This document shows, piece by piece, positions 57,507 to 64,000 of a stretch of 64,000 nt of DNA; positions within the stretch are counted from its first letter, which is position 1, and the number at the start of each line of letters is the position of its first letter. The position numbers and the translations under genes were made by a program. The DNA is taken from assembly GCA_030427825.1 (NCBI GenBank), contig JAUICO010000001.1, forward strand, positions 30,293-94,292. Reading direction: 5' to 3'. This DNA is from a bacterium. GTDB lineage: Bacteria > Myxococcota_A > Bradymonadia > REDH01. A model generated the notes under the pieces. The model was not told the DNA's origin. It made no database searches and saw nothing but the letters and a program-made list of their open reading frames with translations.

Positions 57507-58346
57507 CTACTTTCGGGCATGTGCCTGCATGGCGGCGGCGGCGAGGTGTTGCCAGTCTCCGGGGCACCGGCCGAAGAATCCCGAAGGTGGTGGAGTCACG
57601 AAATGCAGGCGTTCGTTGCTGTCGGGGTGTAGCAGCGCCAGAGCGGCTGCGTGCAGGTGGAGTCGGTCGGCCGGCGTGGCACCGTAGAGCGCGTCGCCGA
57701 CGATGGGGAGCTCGCAGCCCGCCAGATGGGCGCGGATCTGGTGTCGTCTGCCGGTCTCCGGTCGGGCGGCGATGAGGCAGTGTTTCGCATCATCGGCGAG
57801 GCACTCAAAGTCGGTGATCGCCCTTCTTCCGCCGGCGCGAACGGCCTGCATCGGCGCGGGTCGGCTGCGCGGTCCCTTCGCGGGCCTGAGGTGATTGTCT
57901 TCGCGCCAGGGCTCTGAGGGCGGTGCGATGCCGCGCTCGCACAGGGCGAGGTACAGCTTTTTCGCGGTGCGCGTGCGAAACGCAGCGCCAAGGTGCTCCG
58001 CTGTCTTCGGGTCGCGTGCGATCACGACAACGCCCGTCGTCGGAGCATCGAGGCGGTGAACCGGGTGCAACGTGCCTGCGTCGACCTCGAGCTGGGTGGC
58101 CACGAGTGCGATCAGATGGGGACGATGCGGGTCGCGCGTGCCGTGCACCGGTACGCCGGCGGGCTTGTCGACCGCGACCATGCGCTCGTCGATATGGAGC
58201 ACAGGAATGTGGTTCACGGCGACTCCGGTTGGGGGCCCGCGGGTATCGGACTGAAACGGCGCCCTACTCCCAAACAGTAACTCCGACACCCGCGGTGCCC
58301 AACCTTGATCGCTCTGACGGCAAGCCGCCTGATTGACGCTATCCAT
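57507..58346 (-). CDS. RluA-family pseudouridine synthase
   Basis: Catalytic motif HRLDAPTTGVVVIAR, and VAVDKPAGVPVHG. Start uncertain: ATG 58346, GTG 58223, or the ORF-track 58445. Confidence 0.75.
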   Translation of the reverse strand: MDSVNQAACRQSDQGWAPRVSELLFGSRAPFQSDTRGPPTGVAVNHIPVLHIDERMVAVDKPAGVPVHGTRDPHRPHLIALVATQLEVDAGTLHPVHRLDAPTTGVVVIARDPKTAEHLGAAFRTRTAKKLYLALCERGIAPPSEPWREDNHLRPAKGPRSRPAPMQAVRAGGRRAITDFECLADDAKHCLIAARPETGRRHQIRAHLAGCELPIVGDALYGATPADRLHLHAAALALLHPDSNERLHFVTPPPSGFFGRCPGDWQHLAAAAMQAHARK

Positions 58347-58534
58347 AAGAGCAAGCGCTGTGCCAGGTTCGCGAGAACTTCCGAATGTAGCCCCAGAACC
58401 CACGCAAGCATCGATTCCTTCAGGGTCAGCAGGAGCAAACCACATCCGGACGCCGGCAAATAGAGTCTACTGCCCCCGCAGATTTCCACCACCGAGCGTC
58501 AGATTCTACCCATAGCTGGCGCCATGCGTTGTTC

Positions 58535-59815
58535 TCAGGCCGGCAACCGCTGGATGTCGGCGCCCAGGGCACGGAGCTTTTCGTCGATAGCTTCATAGCC
58601 GCGGTCGATGTGGCGGATGTTGTAAATGGTGCTGGTGCCCTCGGCGGTGAGCGCGGCGAGAAGCAAGGACATGCCGGCGCGCACGTCGGGCGACTCCAGG
58701 GTGGACCCGTAGAGTTTCGCCGGGCCGTTGACGACGACGCGGTGCGGGTCGCAGAGGATGATGCGTGCGCCCATCGCGTTGAGTGCGTCGGTAAAAAACA
58801 TACGACCGTCGAACATCTTTTCGAAGAAGAGGACGGACCCTGCGCACTGGGTGGCGACGGTGATCGCGATCGACATCATGTCGGTCGGGAAGGCGGGCCA
58901 GGGCGCGTCGTCGATGCGCGGAATCTGGTTCATGAAATCCGGCTCGATGCGAAGCTCCTGGCCGCCGGGGACGTGGACGCTGTTGTCGTTGACCGTGAAG
59001 CGTACGCCGAGTTTTTCGAAGACGAGGCGGATCATGCGCAGGTCGTCGGCGACGACATTGTCGATCGTGATCTCCGAGCCTGTCATTGCGGCGAGCCCGA
59101 TGAAGGAGCCGATCTCAAGGTAATCCGGGCCGATTGTGTGCTCACCGCCCCACAACGCGGCTGTGCCGTCGATTTCGAGGGTGTTGGTACCGATGCCCCA
59201 GATGTGAGCGCCCATGCCCTTGAGCATCCTGCAGATGCCCTGGACGTGCGGCTCGCACGCCGCGTTGCGTATTGTGGAGCGGCCGCGGGCGGTTGCCGCG
59301 GCCATCAATACGTTCTCGGTGCCGGTGACCGAGGGCTCGTCGAGGAAGATGTCGGTGCCGCTGAGCTCGGTGGCCGAGATCTCGAACACGTCGTTGATCT
59401 TCACTTCGGCGCCGAGGGCCTGAAAGCCGAGAAAGTGGGTGTCGAGGCGCCGCCGGCCGATGACATCGCCGCCCGGGGGCGGCAGAACGACATGGCCGAA
59501 GCGCGAAAGCAGGGGCCCGGCCAGCAGTATCGAGGCGCGAAGTTTGCGTGAAAGCTCGGCGGGGACGATGCCGCTAGAGACCTTGGAGCTGTCGACGACG
59601 AGAGTGTGGTCGTCGACCCACTTCGTCGTGGCGCCGAGTCCTTCGAGAATCTCGATCATGACGAAGACATCCGCGATGCGCGGGACGTTCTTCAGCGTGA
59701 CGGCTTCCGGGGTGATGAGCGTCGCCGCGATGGCAGGCAGAGCCTCGTTCTTGGAGCCGTTGGCGACGATTCTCCCCGACAGCTTCCGACCACCTTCAAT
59801 GACGAACTTCTCCAT
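58535..59815 (-). CDS. murA: UDP-N-acetylglucosamine 1-carboxyvinyltransferase
   Basis: Start at MEKFVIEGG (59815). MurA-typical sequence throughout, including KLSGRIVANGSKNEALP and the Cys loop region. Confidence 0.9.
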   Translation of the reverse strand: MEKFVIEGGRKLSGRIVANGSKNEALPAIAATLITPEAVTLKNVPRIADVFVMIEILEGLGATTKWVDDHTLVVDSSKVSSGIVPAELSRKLRASILLAGPLLSRFGHVVLPPPGGDVIGRRRLDTHFLGFQALGAEVKINDVFEISATELSGTDIFLDEPSVTGTENVLMAAATARGRSTIRNAACEPHVQGICRMLKGMGAHIWGIGTNTLEIDGTAALWGGEHTIGPDYLEIGSFIGLAAMTGSEITIDNVVADDLRMIRLVFEKLGVRFTVNDNSVHVPGGQELRIEPDFMNQIPRIDDAPWPAFPTDMMSIAITVATQCAGSVLFFEKMFDGRMFFTDALNAMGARIILCDPHRVVVNGPAKLYGSTLESPDVRAGMSLLLAALTAEGTSTIYNIRHIDRGYEAIDEKLRALGADIQRLPA

Positions 59816-59926
59816 ACACCCTCCCGCAGGCTTTGAATCGCGGCTACTTTCGGCGGGTGCTCCTGGCATGTAAAGAAATCACCGTCACCTGCGGTGGTGT
59901 GCGGTGGATTGCCGTGCGCGTTGGGT

Positions 59927-60004
59927 GCGAGGGCGCTGCCCTCGCGCTCCCGCCAAAGGGGTTTGCACCCCTTTGGGAACCCCACGGAAAGCTTACGCTT
60001 TCCT
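59927..60004. other. array of three consecutive perfect stem-loops in the murA-upstream intergenic region
   Basis: GCGAGGGC-gct-GCCCTCGC (59927-59945), CCAAAGGGGT-ttgc-ACCCCTTTGG (59953-59976) and GGAAAGC-ttac-GCTTTCC (59987-60004). Confidence 0.5.
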
Positions 60005-60033
60005 GATAGGGGTTTCCGGGAGGGGCTCGGTGA

Positions 60034-60627
60034 TCAGTTGCGGCGAGTTGTCATGACGCCGGCGACGAGCAGCGCGATTGCGAAAGTTGACGGCAGATCT
60101 GCGCGGGTGGTGCTGCAGCAGCCGGGGTTGTCGGCCTCGATGAAGCGAACCGGGCCCTCGACAGTGTCCTCTCGCACGTCGCCGCCGGGCGTTGTCATTG
60201 TGACGCTGTAGCTGACTGTACGCCCGCGAATCTGATCGAAAGCACCGAAGCTCAGGACCATTCGGCCGGGATCGAGTGCGTACACCCCGTCCACCAGGTC
60301 GATGTCGGGGATGCCGAGCAGGCGCACGTTGTCGACGACCTGATCGTCGACGCTGATCGTCCATTCAAACTCCGCTTCGCCGGCGTGATATCCGCCGTGG
60401 ACGAGGGCGGCGATGTTGATGTGCTGCCCGCCCTGGAAGCCGCCGTGGACGACAATGCTGTCGCCGTCGTCGAGTGCGACGATCTCACCGCTGTCGTCGT
60501 CGAAGAGGGCGACCTCGATGTAGACACTGTCGTCGATGTCAGTCTGGGCGGCGACCTCCGCTGCGATCATGGTGAAGGCGAATATGCCGAGAATGGCCGG
60601 GGCGTGAGCCGCAATGTTCCTGCGCAT
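60034..60627 (-). CDS. secreted protein with MYXO-CTERM-like sorting signal, paralog of lipoprotein 50933..51496
   Basis: Signal peptide. Homology block DDGDSIVVHGGFQGGQHINIA. C-terminus NPGCCSTTRADLPSTFAIALLVAGVMTTRRN. Confidence 0.55.
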   Translation of the reverse strand: MRRNIAAHAPAILGIFAFTMIAAEVAAQTDIDDSVYIEVALFDDDSGEIVALDDGDSIVVHGGFQGGQHINIAALVHGGYHAGEAEFEWTISVDDQVVDNVRLLGIPDIDLVDGVYALDPGRMVLSFGAFDQIRGRTVSYSVTMTTPGGDVREDTVEGPVRFIEADNPGCCSTTRADLPSTFAIALLVAGVMTTRRN

Positions 60628-61006
60628 GAGTTCGGGTCCCTGTGCGTGATTTCTCTCGCCGAATGCCGATGCCGCAGACGCGACTTCTGCAGCACCGTCG
60701 GCACGATTCTTCTACAGTAGACGGGAAGAGATCGACGACAAAAGCGTGATGGCGCTTTACAGGTGTGCCACATCCAGCCAGAATGTCGTCACAATCGTAA
60801 CCGAAGGCACATTCCGAGGAGGCCGGGTAGCTGGACAGCAGCACCGTGTTTCCCAACAGCCCGTGGCGGGGGCAGAAGCCGCGGGTGCAGTGCCGGTGCT
60901 CACGGGCGGGGCGTTGCGGTAGTGCGGGTTGCTGCACAATCAACGGTGCCGGTGTCACGGCGTTCGGGATCATCGCCGTCACTCGAGCAGGAAGGGAGCC
61001 ATCAGA

Positions 61007-62122
61007 GTGCGTTCGGTGAAGACGGTTGATGAAGCAGGAAGCTCCGCGCCCTTCGAGCCGCCACCACGCACGCGGCCCGTCGCGTTGCGCGAGCTGCCGT
61101 GGGCGTTGCCTACGATGTTGGCGCCTCTTGAGGGCATCACGCACCCGACCTTCCGTCGCATGATGGTCGAGCAGGGCGGCATCGGAATCGTGTGCACCGA
61201 GTTCGTGCGCATTACGTCCAACCCGGTGTCCCGACGGCACATGGGACGGGTGGTTGATCACGCGCCGGGAACCCCGCTCTCGGTCCAGGTAATGGGCAAC
61301 GACGTCGAGCGAATGGCGGACGCCGCGCGCCTGGTCGCAGCGGCCGGCGCCGACGTTGTCGACATCAACCTCGGCTGCCCCGCTCCCCGCGTCGTGCGGA
61401 AGGGTGTCGGCTCTGCCATGTTGAAAGACCCGCAGCTCCTCTTCGAGGTGCTGTGTGCAATGCGCAGTGAGGTTCCGGGCCTGCTGAGCGCAAAGATTCG
61501 CGCCGGCTTTGACGACGCAGACAACGTGGTTCGCATCGCGCGCTGCGTAGAGAGCGCAGGCGTAGACTATCTCGTCGTGCATCCGCGCCGTCGCAGCGAC
61601 TTCTATGAGGGGGTCGCCGACTGGCGCATCATCCGGACCCTCAAGGAAGAGCTGTCCATCCCCGTCGTGGGCAACGGAGACTGCTGGTACGCCGCCGACG
61701 CGCTGCGAATGCAGAAAGAGACAGGCTGCGATGCAGTCATGCTCGGCAGGCCGGCGCTGCGAAACCCCTGGATATTCGCTCAGATCGAGGCTCTGTATCG
61801 CGGTGTCGAAGCGTACCGTCCGAGCGGCGCCGACATCTTTGAATGGCTGCTGCGGCTGCGCAGGGAGTTCGCCCACACCTTCGACTACGAGGGCGACGCC
61901 CCTATCGGGCGGATCAAAGAGCTGGTTTCCTGGCTGGGCCGCAGCGTTGACGACGGTGGCCGCTTTCGCCGAGCTGCGCTGCGCGAGCCCGACATAGACG
62001 CGGTCCTGCGTCTGACGGAGCAGAATGTAGCGCCCCTGCCGCCGGAACAGATTGACCTTGCGGCGAGCCCTCTGATCGGTTTGGAGCGCTCTGGAACCGG
62101 CCTCCAAACCCCGCAAGACTGA
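61007..62122 (+). CDS. tRNA-dihydrouridine synthase (Dus family)
   Basis: LAPLEGITHPTFRRM, FMN-barrel motifs VDINLGCPAP and KIRAGFDD. GTG at 61007 is preceded by GGAAGGGAG. Later starts at 61085 or 61115 are possible. Confidence 0.75.
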   Translation: MRSVKTVDEAGSSAPFEPPPRTRPVALRELPWALPTMLAPLEGITHPTFRRMMVEQGGIGIVCTEFVRITSNPVSRRHMGRVVDHAPGTPLSVQVMGNDVERMADAARLVAAAGADVVDINLGCPAPRVVRKGVGSAMLKDPQLLFEVLCAMRSEVPGLLSAKIRAGFDDADNVVRIARCVESAGVDYLVVHPRRRSDFYEGVADWRIIRTLKEELSIPVVGNGDCWYAADALRMQKETGCDAVMLGRPALRNPWIFAQIEALYRGVEAYRPSGADIFEWLLRLRREFAHTFDYEGDAPIGRIKELVSWLGRSVDDGGRFRRAALREPDIDAVLRLTEQNVAPLPPEQIDLAASPLIGLERSGTGLQTPQD

Positions 62123-62126
62123 GCAA

Positions 62127-62807
62127 ATGAACGTGCGCTCATCCATCGCAAACGCCCTCATCGCCGCCGTAGTGGCAATCGGGCTCCTTGCAGTACCGGC
62201 ACCGGCGGCGGCCCAAAGTCCGGACGCTCCACCGGTAATGCGGACTGACGCGCCCGCGTGGTCGCCACGCTTCATGAGTCGCTCCTACGATCGACGTCTG
62301 ACCCTGCGAGCCACGATTTTCACCGGCTACCCGGACGTTCTGTCCCTCGGCGTATCCTGGGATCGTCCCAGCCCCTTTTCCCTCGAAGGCGGAATCTGGG
62401 GCAACCCGATTGGCGGGTATCCATCGACCCGTGCCTACGACACGCGCGGCTGTGGTGACTTCGAAGAGCTCGCTGATCAGTGCTTCGAAGACGAGCGCAT
62501 CGATCCGGCGATCGGCCTGTACTTCAGGCCCGGCCTGAATCCGGTCCTCAAGGACACGCGCGGGTACGGTCGCGTGCCGATGAGTATCCATCTGCCGATT
62601 CAGTTCGATCTGCGCACCAACGGTTTCGGCTCGAACTGGGCCTTTCTGATGGGCTGGGTGGCCGGCGTAGAGCTGGTGTTCTGGGGCGACCGGAACCAGG
62701 GCGTTTCCCTGCACGCGACGATCGGCTCTCCCTTTGTGGAGTTTCGATCGTTCGCCTTTCTGGGCCTCGAACCCTGGGCTCGACTGGCGATCGGCTGGGT
62801 CTTCTGA
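62127..62807 (+). CDS. secreted hypothetical protein (possible small outer-membrane beta-barrel)
   Basis: Signal peptide ending AAAQ. C-terminal Phe (GWVF), typical of OMP termini. 4 nt after the dus stop. Confidence 0.45.
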   Translation: MNVRSSIANALIAAVVAIGLLAVPAPAAAQSPDAPPVMRTDAPAWSPRFMSRSYDRRLTLRATIFTGYPDVLSLGVSWDRPSPFSLEGGIWGNPIGGYPSTRAYDTRGCGDFEELADQCFEDERIDPAIGLYFRPGLNPVLKDTRGYGRVPMSIHLPIQFDLRTNGFGSNWAFLMGWVAGVELVFWGDRNQGVSLHATIGSPFVEFRSFAFLGLEPWARLAIGWVF

Positions 62808-62849
62808 GCCTGTCGGAGGGCACGATCCGAATTGGATTTGCGTGCCATG

Positions 62850-62878
62850 CTTGACACGATATCGGCGGTGCCTATTTC
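62850..62878 (+). promoter_or_regulatory. candidate sigma-32-type heat-shock promoter upstream of groES
   Basis: CTTGACA-N14-CCTATTTC compares with consensus CTTGAAA-N13-15-CCCCATNT. No CIRCE inverted repeat is present upstream of groES. Confidence 0.3.
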
Positions 62879-62997
62879 TCCCGCCGTTGCTGAATCGCGG
62901 GCCACGTCTGGCCGCCCGTAGGCGGGCAGGGACCGGGTCGCGTGACATCAGATTCAATACTGCGTCACTGGGCGCCTACTTACACCGGAGGAGGAGC

Positions 62998-63285
62998 ATG
63001 AAGGTCAAGCCGTTGAACGATCGTGTGCTGCTGAAGCGCGTCGAAGCCGAAGAGAAAACTGCATCAGGCATCTACATCCCTGACACCGCCAAAGAGAAGC
63101 CGCAGGAAGGCATCGTTGTGGCCGTCGGGCCCGGCAAGCTGGACGACGGCGACCGCATCCCGCTGGCAGTAAACGTCGGCGATAAGGTCCTTTTCGGGAA
63201 GTACGCCGGCAACGACGTATCTTTCGAAGGCGTCGATCACGTGCTCCTTCGCGAGGACGAGATTTTCGCTGTCATCGAGTCCTGA
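62998..63285 (+). CDS. groES: co-chaperonin GroES
   Basis: [47 protein letters not shown] upstream. The ORF-track start at 62734 is over-extended. Confidence 0.95.
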   Translation: MKVKPLNDRVLLKRVEAEEKTASGIYIPDTAKEKPQEGIVVAVGPGKLDDGDRIPLAVNVGDKVLFGKYAGNDVSFEGVDHVLLREDEIFAVIES

Positions 63286-63325
63286 TTCAGGGCCCTTCCA
63301 ACCATCACACGCAATCAAACGATAA

Positions 63326-64000
<675 letters not shown>

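Noticed and set aside
62808-62997. CIRCE/HrcA operator upstream of groES
   Set aside because: I searched for the TTAGCACTC-N9-GAGTGCTAA-type inverted repeat and found none. Only a short GCCCG/CGGGC hairpin is present.

Overview
Overall picture: a high-GC (~65-68%) bacterial chromosomal segment with about 58 protein-coding genes. I saw no rRNA, tRNA, CRISPR array, transposase or integrase. Several signals point to a Myxococcota/Bradymonadota-like deltaproteobacterium: two MYXO-CTERM-like C-terminal sorting signals (Cys-Ser/Thr, hydrophobic helix, Arg-rich tail), many tandem Myxococcus-type cysteine-rich repeats (C-x-DDGN-x-CT-x-D-x-C) and numerous Cys-rich lipoproteins.

Gene content, left to right:
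- A truncated DExH-box helicase.
- A complete phosphate-uptake block on the minus strand: OprO/OprP-type porin, pstS-pstC-pstA-pstB-phoU.
- A divergent operon of an M19-dipeptidase-like metallohydrolase lipoprotein, a GT4 glycosyltransferase and a Cys-rich lipoprotein.
- Peptide-scavenging genes: an S46 dipeptidyl-peptidase and an OPT transporter.
- Housekeeping genes: crotonase, a MetB/MetC-family PLP enzyme, a SerA-like dehydrogenase, PlsB-like glycerol-3-phosphate acyltransferase plus gpsA, dodecin, murD, nadB/nadA, murA, an RluA-type pseudouridine synthase, a tRNA-dihydrouridine synthase, a macro-domain protein, a rhodanese lipoprotein and groES-groEL.

The most unusual region is a roughly 12-kb minus-strand cluster (38853..48684). 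It encodes two very large Cys-repeat surface lipoproteins, an outer-membrane-barrel-like domain fused to Cys repeats, an OmpA-family coiled-coil lipoprotein and a cation-chloride-cotransporter-like transporter. It is transcribed divergently from an ECF sigma-factor operon.

Other points worth a second look:
- a pair of tiny paralogous ribbon-helix-helix-like genes, one missed by the ORF track and one carrying a histone-H1-like lysine/alanine/proline tail;
- a membrane pseudokinase gene translationally coupled to murD;
- a secreted S1 protease with a MYXO-CTERM signal, coupled to a lipoprotein paralog family;
- several perfect palindromes and hairpin arrays in intergenic regions.

All functional calls rest on motif recognition by eye. 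No database searches were run.
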